Source of the DNA: Oceanispirochaeta sp.
GTDB taxonomy: Bacteria > Spirochaetota > Spirochaetia > DSM-2461
Length of the DNA stretch: 64,000 bases
NCBI GenBank assembly: GCA_963663385.2
Contig: CAXXXD010000002.1
Location: 1,280,001 to 1,344,000 of the forward strand
Direction: 5' to 3'
The translations under genes were made by a program, and so were the position numbers. Shown here piece after piece: positions 1 through 11,007 of the stretch. The notes beneath the pieces were generated by a model. That model was not told the DNA's origin. It searched no databases and saw only the letters and a list, made by a program, of their open reading frames with translations. Position 1 is the stretch's first letter; each line of letters begins with the position of its first letter.

Positions 1-323
1 TTCATTGTTTCGGAGAGGGATTCAATCCGGCGAAGCAGAACGGGATCGTTAAGGATGAGATCTCCTATTGTATTCCAGGAATCAACTGTGATCGGTAACA
101 GGGCGTCTCCTGTTATTACGGGAGTCTGGCGGAGAATATACTGTTCGGTTTTATAACGGCCTGTTGGCTGATTAGTATCTGATTCTATCGCTGCGGTCAG
201 ATCCAGTTGAAGAGTATTGTTCTCCCAGTCAACAACCGTATCAATCTGAATCCTTTCCTGTGCATTCACCTGCATTAAGGTGCAGAGAGATAATACAGCT
301 ATAAAAATGGGGGGTTTTATCAT
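1..323 (-). CDS. Secreted hypothetical protein, truncated by the window edge
   Basis: Manual translation from ATG at 323: MIKPPIFIAVLSLCTLMQVNAQERIQIDTVVDWENN..., open to the window start. Signal-peptide-like N-terminus; starts just after the transglycosylase stop. Confidence 0.7.
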   Translation of the reverse strand, partial: MIKPPIFIAVLSLCTLMQVNAQERIQIDTVVDWENNTLQLDLTAAIESDTNQPTGRYKTEQYILRQTPVITGDALLPITVDSWNTIGDLILNDPVLLRRIESLSETM

Positions 324-324
324 T

Positions 325-1665
325 CTATTCTCCCGGTGCCGGGACGAGGAGTTTCATTCCCGGTCTGATCGTTGATTCCAGAGGCAATCCATTTCCCGCA
401 GCAATTTCTTCCGGACTGCGGTTATGCTTCATCGCAATACGCCAAAGCGAGTCGCCCGCCTGAACCGTATACTCTCCGGACCAGGGTACCGAGTTCTCGT
501 CTGACAGAAATCCGGGCTTGTCCGGTATGGAGTCATCTATAATCGGTACCAGAAGGATCTGACCGATTCTGAGGTAACGGCTCTCGACTCCCGGATTGTA
601 TTCTTCAATATAAGTAACAGGGATTTTATACCATTGTGCAATTTCGGACAGGGTATCACCGGATTGTATTTTATATCTTTTGAAGCTTATAAGATCACTA
701 TCTTCGTTTAAGGCCGCTTCCAGCTGGGCTCTATACTGTTCGGGAACTTTTAAATAGTAGGAATTCCCCGGAGGAGGAGTTACACTGTAATTCAGTTCCC
801 TGTGAGCCAGGAAAAGAATATCCTCCGGTATTTCAGCCTTTCTGGCAACACGGCGAATATCCACACTCCTTTTAAGGGGAATACGATTCCATTGTACCGG
901 TTTATCCCAGCTCAGGCTGATTCCAGCCTTACCGCGGGATTCGCATATATAGGCAACAGCCGCCATTTTCGGGATGTAGTTCCTGGTTTCCCGGGGAAGG
1001 AGCCCTTTATCGCACAGTTCCCAGTAGTCGTTGATTCCGGATGATTCAACAGTACGCAGTATTTTGTTCAGGCCGCAGTTGTAGGCTGCCAGTGCCAGAA
1101 GCCAGTCTCCGGTTTTTGAGTAGTTATACTCCAGCTTTTCAAGAGCGCTTTCAGTTGCACGCCAGAAATCCCGCCTGTCATCCCGCCAGGCATCCACTGT
1201 TATATCGTAGGGATCTATACTGTTCATCATAAACTGCCACATCCCTGCTGCTCCCGATCGGGAGACAGCATCAGAACGGTAGGCTGACTCAATTAAGGGA
1301 AGATAGATTATCTCACGGGGCATTTTCTTCTCTGCCAGACGGGAATTGATAAAATCCCAAAAGGGTTCAGCCCTTTCCAGGCAGCGATTGATATAATCCA
1401 GGCCTTTCCCCTCACCAAAATAGAGAATATACTGGTCAATCAGATTTTTATCCGGCAGATTGACCGACCAGAGATCGATCTGGCGATGAATTTCCCGGGG
1501 GTTTTTGTTTATTGTTATATCAGTGGTGCCAACAGATGACGGCATACTGTGAAGGTTGCGGGGCGGAATCTTCTCTCCCGCCATAGCTGTAACGGGAAGT
1601 ATTCCGAATATGAGGTATGTAAGTATTAGAGGCGATCGCCGAAGTATATTCCTGCCCATTCCCAT
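325..1665 (-). CDS. Lytic murein transglycosylase (MltD-like, SLT domain plus 2 LysM)
   Basis: SLT motifs LPLIESAY, AAGMWQFM, ALAAYNCG, ETRNYIPK; two LysM repeats (YKIQSGDTLSEIA, YTVQAGDSLWRIA). Start placed at 1665 (or 1659) rather than ORF start 1743. Confidence 0.9.
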   Translation of the reverse strand: MGMGRNILRRSPLILTYLIFGILPVTAMAGEKIPPRNLHSMPSSVGTTDITINKNPREIHRQIDLWSVNLPDKNLIDQYILYFGEGKGLDYINRCLERAEPFWDFINSRLAEKKMPREIIYLPLIESAYRSDAVSRSGAAGMWQFMMNSIDPYDITVDAWRDDRRDFWRATESALEKLEYNYSKTGDWLLALAAYNCGLNKILRTVESSGINDYWELCDKGLLPRETRNYIPKMAAVAYICESRGKAGISLSWDKPVQWNRIPLKRSVDIRRVARKAEIPEDILFLAHRELNYSVTPPPGNSYYLKVPEQYRAQLEAALNEDSDLISFKRYKIQSGDTLSEIAQWYKIPVTYIEEYNPGVESRYLRIGQILLVPIIDDSIPDKPGFLSDENSVPWSGEYTVQAGDSLWRIAMKHNRSPEEIAAGNGLPLESTIRPGMKLLVPAPGE

Positions 1666-2672
1666 CTGCCGTTTATTTCCGGATCTATCGGGTATTTGAT
1701 CCGGTTGAAATACAGATACCAGATATTGATCCTGTACGACCATCCTCCGGTTCTGAGATATGCTTCCGATTCATTGGATCCCGATTCTAGGTTTCTATTA
1801 TACCAGACAGAAGATTTGAGAAAATAGGCCAGCTCCATCGGGATCTGGGTAAAGGGATCATAACGGTCCTGTCCCCATCCCATCATAAAGAAATCTTCCG
1901 CCATATACCTATTTAATCGGCTGCTGCTTCTGTTGTAGATAGCATATTTTATGGATTTGACAAGACCATCAAGGGTTTCCCTTGTCCAGTCCTTTTGGGA
2001 ATAGTGAAATTTCAGATAATGGTTGACTTCGTTATACACATTAGGCTCTCCCGGAATCTTGGTTACCGGAGCATCAAGGAATTTTCTGTAGGAATCGATC
2101 GATTCATCCCATAACCCCTGTTTCTCATAAGCCTTTGCCAGATTGTACAGTACCAGGCCCCTGTCGATATCAGGGGAAAAACGATCCAGCAGTTCCTGGT
2201 TGTATTCAATTTCCTGAAGGCTTCCCGGCCTCCAGGAAAGGAGCTTTTTCAAAGTGAACAGATGAATTGACCGGCCTTTAAGGATAAGATCATCATAATT
2301 TGTCAGCAGGCGGTTGTAGTATATGGATGCACTTTCTATAAGCCCCTCATCTTCGTAGAGGGAACCGAGTACCAGTAGGTAGTAGCAGTTGTAGGAGTCC
2401 TCCGGGTAATCGTGAAGGTATTGATTTAAAAACAGTTTCAGCTCTTTAATGAAAGATCCGGAACGATATTGGCAGATTATCTGTTCCATTATTCCGTATC
2501 TCTGTACTTCTTCCTGCTGTTCATTCAGCATGCTGTTCAGGTTTAACAGCTTTTTATCAATTTCTTTTTCTCCAGTCAGCCAGGGTAGTGTAATCTCACT
2601 GGTGGAACAGGCTGAAAGGAGGAGGACAGAACATAAAAAAAATATATAAAAAGGGTAAAAAGTCTTTCTCAT
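1626..2672 (-). CDS. TPR-containing lipoprotein
   Basis: Lipobox LLLSAC after MRKTFY...; TPR-like helices (YNLAKAYEKQGLWDESIDSYRKFL). Confidence 0.7.
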   Translation of the reverse strand: MRKTFYPFYIFFLCSVLLLSACSTSEITLPWLTGEKEIDKKLLNLNSMLNEQQEEVQRYGIMEQIICQYRSGSFIKELKLFLNQYLHDYPEDSYNCYYLLVLGSLYEDEGLIESASIYYNRLLTNYDDLILKGRSIHLFTLKKLLSWRPGSLQEIEYNQELLDRFSPDIDRGLVLYNLAKAYEKQGLWDESIDSYRKFLDAPVTKIPGEPNVYNEVNHYLKFHYSQKDWTRETLDGLVKSIKYAIYNRSSSRLNRYMAEDFFMMGWGQDRYDPFTQIPMELAYFLKSSVWYNRNLESGSNESEAYLRTGGWSYRINIWYLYFNRIKYPIDPEINGRWEWAGIYFGDRL

Positions 2673-2808
2673 TTTAAAATTGATAGTAGCATGAGGGGGA
2701 TTGCATGACAAGACATGAACTATTTTGGAACATTTGGAGAATTACTTTGACAGGGATTGAGATATTTTTTAAATTATTATTGGAAAGAAGTAAAAAAGGA
2801 GCATAGAA

Positions 2809-4899
2809 ATGGATCATAAATCTCATGATTTCATAGAAGGGACCAGGCAGCTTGTTGATAAGGCTCAGGAACATGTTGATGAGAGGCTCAGCCGGACTTT
2901 CCCCTCCTTTCGCCTGACTGCAGCTGTTGTCAGCAGCGGGATTTATACGGGGCTCGTTTTATTCAGTATGCTGCTGGACTCATTCGGGCTGGTGGAAGGA
3001 ATAAACGGTGTCGAAAAAAAGGCCATAATTCATTTCCTCGGTTTCTTTCTGATAGGGGAACTAGGTATACCTCTGCTGGGAATCAATCTTTTTATAAAAA
3101 TCTATCTGAAGCCGGTAAAAGAGCAGTATCAGGCCTATTTCAATACAAAGAAAATTGAGGATCAGGACTCTTACTGGAAAGCCGTTCGTCGTTTTGACAG
3201 GTTTAATACCTATCTGGCTGTAATCATTCTTTTCTTCTTTCTTTCAGGGAATTCATGGGGAATTGAAATTGGCGGGAATTCCGGGATGTCTGTCCTGTTC
3301 TATATTCTAACGAGGATCAGTCTTGTAACAGTTATGATTATTTTTAATGTGATCTGTATCAATTTATTTGTCAGAAGACGGCTGTTGTATATTCTGGATG
3401 TGTATGAAATAAAAACCAGGCTTAAGTTTACTCAAACCCAGATCTTTTACAATTCGATAATCCCTATTGTACTGATTTTAAATGTAATGTTCGTCTTTAC
3501 AGATGTCACTCTCCGGATTGTTGATACCGGACAGGACCGAATGGAGAAAATACAGGAAATGGCTCTGAAAATGACGGGAGGGTCCCATAAAATCAGTTAT
3601 GAAGATATGCCATTGCCTCCTCCCGGAGAAGGAATGAAGGAACTTTCAGCCCATCTGCTTGCTAAAGGGTATGCCATGCTGATTTTTTTACTACTTTGCC
3701 AGAGTGCACTTCTTTATACATTCCTTGGAATCCTTCAAAACAGACAGATGAAGGATCTGCACAGGAAAATGGCTGATATGGCTGACGGCAGCGGAGATCT
3801 TACCAAGCAGATTAAAATACTCGAGATTGATGATTTGGCAGTTGTTATTTCTCACTTTAACCAGTTTATTGGAAATATGAGAGAGAAGCTTCTTCTTGTA
3901 CAGAATGCAACCTCACGGGTAACTCGTTCTTCAGACACCCTGTTCAACGAGCTGCAGAATACTTCCGCCGCTACCGAGGAAATGGTAGCCTCGGTTGAGC
4001 AGATTAACAGAACGACCGGCAATCGGGCTTCCCTTGTGGAACAGACAGGGGATAATCTGCGAAGTATGATTGAATCTCTCAATCAGGTAAAAAACAGTGT
4101 GGATACGCAAGCTACTTTTGTGGAGCAGACTTCCAGTGCCATAAATCAGATGGCTGCCAGTATACAGTCCGTTACGCAGGCTACCGGAAAAGCCAACGAG
4201 CTGTCCAATCACCTGTCCGATGCCGCATCAGCGGGTGGAAAAGCTGTTAACGATTCCATTGCTGCTGTGAAGGATGTGGAAACCTCCTCGGAAGAGGTTA
4301 ACAATCTTGTGTCCACTATAACTAAAATCGCCAGTCAGACCAATATGCTGGCTATGAATGCAGCTATTGAAGCGGCCCATGCGGGGGACGCAGGACGGGG
4401 ATTTGCTGTTGTTGCAGAAGAGGTCAGGAATTTGGCGGAAAACAGCTCGAACAGCGCCAAACTGATCACCGATCAAATTCAGCAGATGGTCGGAGTCGTC
4501 AATAATGGTGTACAGATGTCGGAAAAGGCCGGAGATGCACTGGCCCGTGTTGTGGGTGATATTAATCAGACCACAGAACTTATCAACGGGATTGCTCTGG
4601 CTATGGACGAGCAGAATGCGGGGGCAACTGAAATCCTCAATTCAATTACATCCCTTGTCGAGGCTACTCAGATAATTAAAAAAATCTCTCAGGAAGAGAT
4701 GGATAAAAACGAGGATATGCAGAAATCCATTGATCAGATAATACAGGCTTTTCAGGAAATCCGGCTGGCTACGGAGGAGCAGACTCAGGGAACAAAAGAT
4801 ATGATACAAACTGTCTCACAACTTCAGGAAGTAGCTCAGGACAACCAGGAAATCGTGAAAATCCTGTCTGAAGCCTTCGGGGGCTTTAAATTGTCCTGA
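2809..4899 (+). CDS. Methyl-accepting chemotaxis protein (multi-TM, HAMP, MCP signal domain)
   Basis: Conserved tip [42 protein letters not shown]-like GSGDLTKQI; several N-terminal hydrophobic segments. Confidence 0.95.
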   Translation: MDHKSHDFIEGTRQLVDKAQEHVDERLSRTFPSFRLTAAVVSSGIYTGLVLFSMLLDSFGLVEGINGVEKKAIIHFLGFFLIGELGIPLLGINLFIKIYLKPVKEQYQAYFNTKKIEDQDSYWKAVRRFDRFNTYLAVIILFFFLSGNSWGIEIGGNSGMSVLFYILTRISLVTVMIIFNVICINLFVRRRLLYILDVYEIKTRLKFTQTQIFYNSIIPIVLILNVMFVFTDVTLRIVDTGQDRMEKIQEMALKMTGGSHKISYEDMPLPPPGEGMKELSAHLLAKGYAMLIFLLLCQSALLYTFLGILQNRQMKDLHRKMADMADGSGDLTKQIKILEIDDLAVVISHFNQFIGNMREKLLLVQNATSRVTRSSDTLFNELQNTSAATEEMVASVEQINRTTGNRASLVEQTGDNLRSMIESLNQVKNSVDTQATFVEQTSSAINQMAASIQSVTQATGKANELSNHLSDAASAGGKAVNDSIAAVKDVETSSEEVNNLVSTITKIASQTNMLAMNAAIEAAHAGDAGRGFAVVAEEVRNLAENSSNSAKLITDQIQQMVGVVNNGVQMSEKAGDALARVVGDINQTTELINGIALAMDEQNAGATEILNSITSLVEATQIIKKISQEEMDKNEDMQKSIDQIIQAFQEIRLATEEQTQGTKDMIQTVSQLQEVAQDNQEIVKILSEAFGGFKLS

Positions 4900-4910
4900 T
4901 GCCTGATGAA

Positions 4911-6104
4911 TCAGCAAATGCCTTCCAGTTCAAGGAAGGCTTTTGTAAAGTTTTCGGATTGATCGATACGGTCTCCCGAACCCTGCCAGAGAGGTCCTTT
5001 CCCTCCGCCTTTTCCTCCTATAAGGGATAGACAGTTCTTTTTAAACTGATCGAAGTGAAACTCACTGTCACGGGGAAGGTAGAGGGCCCACTGAATACGT
5101 TTTTTTGATTTCATGGTCAGAAGAAATGAGATTCCCTCTACTTCGCTCATCTTTTTTACAGTTTGTTTAAAAAACTCAGATGATCTTTCAGGAAGTTCCT
5201 GTGCGATAAGGGGCGGATAGTGGGTAATTGATTCACAAAGGGTTTTTACCATGTTTTCAGCAGATAAATTTTCCAGGTTTTTAATCCGTTCAGCCATTTC
5301 CGATTTCTCCTTTATTATATTATTGATTCGATCCGTGAGTGTATCGGTCTGTGAACACACCAGACTATTGATACAGTTCACTACAGTATGTTTCTGTCTG
5401 TAATCACTGTAGGCGGGGTCTCCGATTTTCCAGAAAAGGCGGAGCCTTCCCCGGATTTTTTCCATACCCGTATATTTGATTAAGCCTATTTCTCCAGTTC
5501 GGCCAACATGTACACCACCGCAGGCTGCTGCATCTTTATCGCCTATTTGAACAATTCGGATATTTGAAGCCAGTTTAGTCTCTCTTCTGATTGAGTACTT
5601 TGGAAGTTCAGAGGCATCGGCGGCGATATGGAAGTCTACAGGATGATTTTCACGTATCCACAGGTTTACGTTTTTTTCCACTTTTTCCAGGATATCCTCC
5701 GCCAAATCGGATCGATCCACTTCAATCGTTGTTGAATCTTTACCCAGATGAACAGACAGGGTATTGATGTCATCAGTTTCCTTCAGGGCTGCCGAAATCA
5801 GATGCTGACCCGTATGCTGGACCATAAAGTGATAGCGGGCGTCCCAGTCCAGTTCGCCCGTAACCGGACCTGTTCCGGGATTTTTTTCTGTTATATGGAT
5901 AATCCGGCCATTTTCCTTCTGCACATCCCTGACTGGTACACCGTTTAAAAAACCTCTATCTGCCGGCTGACCGCCACCTTCCGGATAAAAGAGGGTTTGA
6001 TTCAGCTCTATATGCCATGAGCCGTCTATTTCTTCAATTGATTTTATCCGGGCCTGAAACCGGGACTCGTAGGGTTTGATGTAGTACAATGCTGTTTCAT
6101 TCAT
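4911..6104 (-). CDS. Alanyl-tRNA editing protein (AlaX-like with DHHA1 C-terminus)
   Basis: TLFYPEGGGQPAD, zinc motifs QHTGQHL and ACGGVH, C-terminal GGKGGGK. Confidence 0.9.
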   Translation of the reverse strand: MNETALYYIKPYESRFQARIKSIEEIDGSWHIELNQTLFYPEGGGQPADRGFLNGVPVRDVQKENGRIIHITEKNPGTGPVTGELDWDARYHFMVQHTGQHLISAALKETDDINTLSVHLGKDSTTIEVDRSDLAEDILEKVEKNVNLWIRENHPVDFHIAADASELPKYSIRRETKLASNIRIVQIGDKDAAACGGVHVGRTGEIGLIKYTGMEKIRGRLRLFWKIGDPAYSDYRQKHTVVNCINSLVCSQTDTLTDRINNIIKEKSEMAERIKNLENLSAENMVKTLCESITHYPPLIAQELPERSSEFFKQTVKKMSEVEGISFLLTMKSKKRIQWALYLPRDSEFHFDQFKKNCLSLIGGKGGGKGPLWQGSGDRIDQSENFTKAFLELEGIC

Positions 6105-6500
6105 ACTTTAAGAATAACAGATCACCTTGGGGCTGGAAAGTGAAATTCCCCTTTGGGGCATAGTGTAAATCCACCATTTTGTATGAGTTGCCCGGTCTCT
6201 TTCGAAACCGGGCGGGGAAGACAATTGGTCCGGCCCTGTATCAAGCCGAATCAATCTCACAAGCATATACTCCTTTGTATATATTGGCAACGTTAGCGAT
6301 ATCATGACTGGTGCTGTAAATAAGGATACTCCTGTCTGCCTGGTCTGATTGTACCGCACCGCCTGTTACCGGCCTCTGAGCCGTACAGAATTGGTGTTCG
6401 GGAAAGGGGAAACGTTTACAGGCCTGCCTGCAGCACAGTTTCAGATGATAGAAATCCAGTTTCAGGCTTGCAGGAAGCAAAAATGTTATATAATTGGAAT

Positions 6501-7250
6501 ATGAGGAAATTTCTCATCCTGTTCCTTATACTTTTATTATCCCCTCTTGCTGCAGAGAAAGAGAATATAACATTGGCTACAGTGAACTGGCTTCCCTTTT
6601 TTGGAGAGGAACTGCCGAAGCAGGGATTTCTTTCTACTTTGTGCCGGGAAGCATTCCGAAGAGCCGGATACGAACTCGAAATAAGATTCATTCCCTGGAT
6701 ACGCGCTCTGGAAATGGCAAAATACGGGTATTACGACGGTGTTATGGGCGTTTATTACAGTGATGAAAGGACACGGTATTACCATTATACAGATCCTATT
6801 TATAAAATTCAGGAAGTTTTTGTTGTACGTAAGGATTTCCCGTTTGAGTATTCGGAGCTTGAAGATCTTATGGGCATGAGTGTCGGCATTATTAAGGGTT
6901 ATAGTTATGAACCGGAGCTAAGGGCCATGGGACTGCAGCTCGAAGCTACAATGGACGATACCCGGAATCTGAGACAGCTTTTTTACTCCAGAATTGATAT
7001 TGTCATTATTGAGCAGAACCGATTGCTATATCTTTTAAACAAGGATGAGAAGCTGCAGCCCTTTCGTGGCAAATACACCATTCTTGACATTCCTTTCAAG
7101 ACCTTTGATCTTTATTGCACCATAAGCCGAACCCGTGATGACGGAGCGGAAATTGTGGATAAATTCAACAAGGCACTGCGGGAGATGCGTGCTGACGGGG
7201 CCTATGAGGAGATCGAAAGGCGTTTTCGATTTTCATTTGCTCCGGATTAG
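6501..7250 (+). CDS. Periplasmic substrate-binding protein (amino-acid/PBPb family)
   Basis: Signal peptide MRKFLILF...AAE; motifs PWIRALEMAKYG and FNKALREMRADGAYEEI. Confidence 0.85.
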   Translation: MRKFLILFLILLLSPLAAEKENITLATVNWLPFFGEELPKQGFLSTLCREAFRRAGYELEIRFIPWIRALEMAKYGYYDGVMGVYYSDERTRYYHYTDPIYKIQEVFVVRKDFPFEYSELEDLMGMSVGIIKGYSYEPELRAMGLQLEATMDDTRNLRQLFYSRIDIVIIEQNRLLYLLNKDEKLQPFRGKYTILDIPFKTFDLYCTISRTRDDGAEIVDKFNKALREMRADGAYEEIERRFRFSFAPD

Positions 7251-7385
7251 TGAATTCCTTTCTGTTTCCGATTCCCTTTTAATACGGATAAACAAGGTAC
7301 AGAAATCACAAAAAAAGGTGGATATTTTCTAAATACGACCGGAAAAAACAGTCCTAACATGAATGAAAAAAACATGGAGGACTTT

Positions 7386-8354
7386 ATGAAAAAGTTATCA
7401 GTTGTATTTTTAATTGTGGCTCTTTGCAGCGGTTTTGCTTTTGCTGAAGGACAGCAGGAAGCCGCAGCGGATGATGGTAAATTGGTAGTCGGATTTGCCC
7501 AGATCGGACAGGAGTCTGGATGGAGAGATGCCGAAACTTCTTCTATTCAGTGGTACGCTTCAAGAAACCTGGATACAATCCAGCTGCATTTTGCCGATGC
7601 CCAGCAGAAACAGGAAAACCAGATCAAAGCGCTTCGTTCCTTTATCGATATGGGTGTCGATGTTATTGGTCTTGCTCCCGTTGTTGAAACCGGATTCGAC
7701 GCTGTTCTTATGGAAGCAAAAGAAGCCGGTATCCCTGTAATTTTTGTAGACCGGAAAGCCGATGTGGCAGATAATCTGTATACTTCTTTTATCGGTTCCG
7801 ACTTTATCCAGGAAGGACAGGATGCTGCAAAAGAGATGGCTGAACTGCTGGGTGGAAAAGGAAAAATCGTTGAACTGGAAGGTACAGTCGGGGCATCTGC
7901 CGCCAATGACAGAAAAACAGGTTTTCATCAGGCAGTCAATTCCAATTATCCGGGAATAGAAATTCTCGATTCACAGACCGGTGATTTTACCAGAGCCAGG
8001 GGCAAGGAAGTTATGGAATCCTTCCTTAAAACCTATGGAAACGAAATAAGCGGTGTTTACGCGCACAACGATGATATGATGCTCGGAGCTATTGAGGCTA
8101 TCAAAGAGGCTGGTCTGAAACCCTCTGTCGATATTAAAACAGTATCCATTGACGGTGTAAAAGGTATTTTCGAAGCCATGGCTTCCGGTGAAGCCAATGT
8201 TACGGTTGAATGTAATCCTCTTCTTGGACCCCAATTTTTCGAGGCTGCCATGTCTCTTAAAGCTGGTGAGACTCTTCCCAGATGGATCAAATCAGACGAA
8301 GGGATCTACAGAGCAGAAACTGCTGCTGCCGATCTGCCTACCAGATCTTATTAA
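7386..8354 (+). CDS. ytfQ: Sugar (galactofuranose-type) ABC transporter substrate-binding protein
   Basis: VGFAQIGQESGWRDAET, DAQQKQENQIKA, VECNPLLGPQ are YtfQ-like; GGAGG at 7376-7380. Confidence 0.85.
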   Translation: MKKLSVVFLIVALCSGFAFAEGQQEAAADDGKLVVGFAQIGQESGWRDAETSSIQWYASRNLDTIQLHFADAQQKQENQIKALRSFIDMGVDVIGLAPVVETGFDAVLMEAKEAGIPVIFVDRKADVADNLYTSFIGSDFIQEGQDAAKEMAELLGGKGKIVELEGTVGASAANDRKTGFHQAVNSNYPGIEILDSQTGDFTRARGKEVMESFLKTYGNEISGVYAHNDDMMLGAIEAIKEAGLKPSVDIKTVSIDGVKGIFEAMASGEANVTVECNPLLGPQFFEAAMSLKAGETLPRWIKSDEGIYRAETAAADLPTRSY

Positions 8355-8363
8355 AAATCTTAT

Positions 8364-8427
8364 GCTATCCGGAGTTGCAGCTTCGGGTAGTTATTTGCGA
8401 TCCATTGGCAGTCTGGAACAGACTGCC
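8364..8427 (+). other. Two intergenic stem-loops between the binding-protein and ATPase genes (possible mRNA stabiliser or partial terminator)
   Basis: gctatccggag...cttcgggtagt and ggcagtctg-gaa-cagactgcc inverted repeats. Confidence 0.45.
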
Positions 8428-8455
8428 TGGATACTTTTTTGAAAGGAGTTGATGA

Positions 8456-9964
8456 ATGGAGTCCGGTGATTTGCTGGAAATGCATCACATAACCAAGGAA
8501 TTTCCCGGAGTACTGGCGTTGAACAATGTCCACTTTAAACTGGCTCCAGGAGAGATCCATGCCCTTTTAGGGGAAAACGGCGCGGGTAAATCCACGCTGA
8601 TCAAAGTTCTTACAGGAGCGGAAACTCTTACCCAGGGGAATATTCTTCTTAATGGCAGGGAAATAACAGTAAATTCCCCCCTGCATGCCCAGAATCAGGG
8701 AATAAGTACGGTATATCAGGAAGTGAATCTTTGTCCCAACCTGTCGGTAGCGGAGAACATATATATAGGAAGGGAACCTCTTACGGCAGGGGGGCGTATT
8801 GACTGGAAAACAATGCAGTATCGATCACGGGAGCTGCTTGGTGAATTTGATATTGATATTGATGTTACAGTTACGCTGGATAATTACTCTGTTGCCATAC
8901 AGCAGATGGTCGCCATCGCGCGTTCCTGCGATATTTCGGCTAAGGTCCTGATCCTGGATGAACCCACATCCTCTTTGACAGAAGGGGAGGTTATTAAGCT
9001 TTTTGAAACCATGAGGCGGCTCAGGGATCAGGGAATGGGGATTGTTTTTGTGACCCATTTCCTGGACCAGGTGTATGAGGTCTGTGACAGGATAACAGTT
9101 CTGAGGAATGGAGAATATATCTGTACGGAACGCTGTGATGAGCTGAGCCGTATTGACCTTATCAGCCGTATGATAGGAAAAGATTTTTCCGCCTTTTCAG
9201 AAGAAAGTTCCTCATCAATTGCTGCCAAGGAGAAAGAACCTTTTCTTGTGGCAGAAAAAATGTGGGGAAGCAATCGGATCAAACCCTTTGATCTTGAGCT
9301 TTTCAAAGGAGAGATTCTGGGGTTCGCCGGACTGCTTGGTTCCGGCCGAAGCGAAATGGCCAGATTACTATTCGGTGCGGACAAGAGGGACGGAGGTAAC
9401 CTGAAAGTCCGGGGACGGGATATCAGTTTTACCGAACCCTCCGATGCCATACGAGAAGGAATTGCCTTCTGTCCGGAAGACAGGAAAGCCGAAGGGATCA
9501 TAGGGGAACTGTCCATTCGGGAAAATATAATCCTGGCTCTTCAGAGTAAACGGGGAATGACCCGTCCCATCCGGTATAACGAAGCCTGTCGCATTGCAGA
9601 CCGGTTTATCAAACTTTTAAGTATCAAAACACCGGGGCATCAGCAGCTTATCCGAAATCTCAGCGGAGGTAACCAGCAGAAAGTTATTCTGGCCCGCTGG
9701 CTGGCTGCAGAGCCGGAGCTTCTCATACTGGACGAGCCGACCAGAGGAATAGATGTGGGAACCAAACTGGAAATTCAGAAACTGATGAAATCCCTGGCAG
9801 GTGATGGGATGTCCGTTCTTTTTATCTCATCGGAAATTGATGAAATGATGCGTTGCTGTCAAAGGATGGTCGTTTTGCGTGAACGTGAGAAAACAGGTGA
9901 ACTGGCAGGGCAGGATCTGACAGAAACCCGGTTGATGAGGGCTATTGCAGGAGATGAGATATGA
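8456..9964 (+). CDS. ytfR: Sugar ABC transporter ATP-binding protein (two ABC domains)
   Basis: GENGAGKST, LILDEPT twice, LSGGNQQK. Confidence 0.9.
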   Translation: MESGDLLEMHHITKEFPGVLALNNVHFKLAPGEIHALLGENGAGKSTLIKVLTGAETLTQGNILLNGREITVNSPLHAQNQGISTVYQEVNLCPNLSVAENIYIGREPLTAGGRIDWKTMQYRSRELLGEFDIDIDVTVTLDNYSVAIQQMVAIARSCDISAKVLILDEPTSSLTEGEVIKLFETMRRLRDQGMGIVFVTHFLDQVYEVCDRITVLRNGEYICTERCDELSRIDLISRMIGKDFSAFSEESSSSIAAKEKEPFLVAEKMWGSNRIKPFDLELFKGEILGFAGLLGSGRSEMARLLFGADKRDGGNLKVRGRDISFTEPSDAIREGIAFCPEDRKAEGIIGELSIRENIILALQSKRGMTRPIRYNEACRIADRFIKLLSIKTPGHQQLIRNLSGGNQQKVILARWLAAEPELLILDEPTRGIDVGTKLEIQKLMKSLAGDGMSVLFISSEIDEMMRCCQRMVVLREREKTGELAGQDLTETRLMRAIAGDEI

Positions 9965-11007
9965 AATTGCTACATAAAGTGAGAAGGTCCGGGTATTTCT
10001 GGCCCATGGTGATCTTCCTGGTGATAATCCTGTTTAATATGATTATCTCAGGCGGAGAATTTACACGCATTACTGTAGTAGACGGGCACTATTACGGCAG
10101 GATTATCGATATTCTGAGGAATGGGAGCAAACTGATTCTGCTGGCAATCGGGATGACATTTGTCATCGCATCAGGAGGAATTGATATTTCTGTCGGTTCT
10201 GTGATGGCAATTTCAGGTGCCATTGCCTGTTCTGTCATAAATGGCAATATTCTGCCTTTTCTGAATGGAAATGTAGCCGCTGCGGTACTCCTGGCAGTCC
10301 TGGCAGGAGGTATCAGCGGAGCATGGAACGGTTTCCTTGTTTCCCGGATAAAGATTCAGCCCATGGTAGCCACCCTGATTCTCATGGTTGCCGGAAGAGG
10401 AATCGCCCAGCTGATCACCAAAGGAAAGATTATAACCGTTAACTCGGATTCCTTTTACTTTATCAATGGCGGATATATCTTTGGATTGCCGTTTCCTCTT
10501 TATCTGGTTCTATTCGTATTGGTTGTGTCTGTTCTGTTTACAAAAAAAAGCGCTTTCGGACTTTTTCTGGAATCCGCCGGATTGAACGGGGCATCCAGCC
10601 GGCTGGCGGGAATTCCAGTCTTCAGGGTAAAACTGCTGGCCTATATATTCTGTTCTGCCGCTGCCGCGGGAGCCGGTTTGATTGAATCGGCGGGGATACG
10701 CGGTGCAGACTGCAATAATGCCGGTCTTATGATAGAACTGGATGCTATTCTGGCTGTTGCTATAGGGGGGACATCCCTGAGCGGCGGTCGTTTTTCCCTG
10801 GCGGCCAGTGTATTCGGTGCCTTGATAATTCAGAGTATCACCACAACAATCTATGCCCTTGGTGTGCCGCCGGAGGTTATACAGCTGGTAAAGGCTATGC
10901 TGGTTATTATCATCTGCCTGTCCCAGTCTCCCGAAGTTAAAAAAATATCCCTTTCGCCCTTGTTTGTGGGATATTCGGCAATACAGAAAAAGGCGGCTCT
11001 CAAATGA
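9961..11007 (+). CDS. ytfT: Sugar ABC transporter permease
   Basis: GGIDISVGS, IQPMVATLILMVAGRGIAQLIT, ELDAILAVAIGG. Confidence 0.85.
   Translation: MKLLHKVRRSGYFWPMVIFLVIILFNMIISGGEFTRITVVDGHYYGRIIDILRNGSKLILLAIGMTFVIASGGIDISVGSVMAISGAIACSVINGNILPFLNGNVAAAVLLAVLAGGISGAWNGFLVSRIKIQPMVATLILMVAGRGIAQLITKGKIITVNSDSFYFINGGYIFGLPFPLYLVLFVLVVSVLFTKKSAFGLFLESAGLNGASSRLAGIPVFRVKLLAYIFCSAAAAGAGLIESAGIRGADCNNAGLMIELDAILAVAIGGTSLSGGRFSLAASVFGALIIQSITTTIYALGVPPEVIQLVKAMLVIIICLSQSPEVKKISLSPLFVGYSAIQKKAALK

Noticed and set aside
6105..6480. tmRNA, RNase P, SRP, c-di-GMP riboswitch, or selenoprotein read-through at TGA 6241-6243
   Set aside because: Only short fragmentary resemblances; the read-through product resembles no selenoprotein I know.
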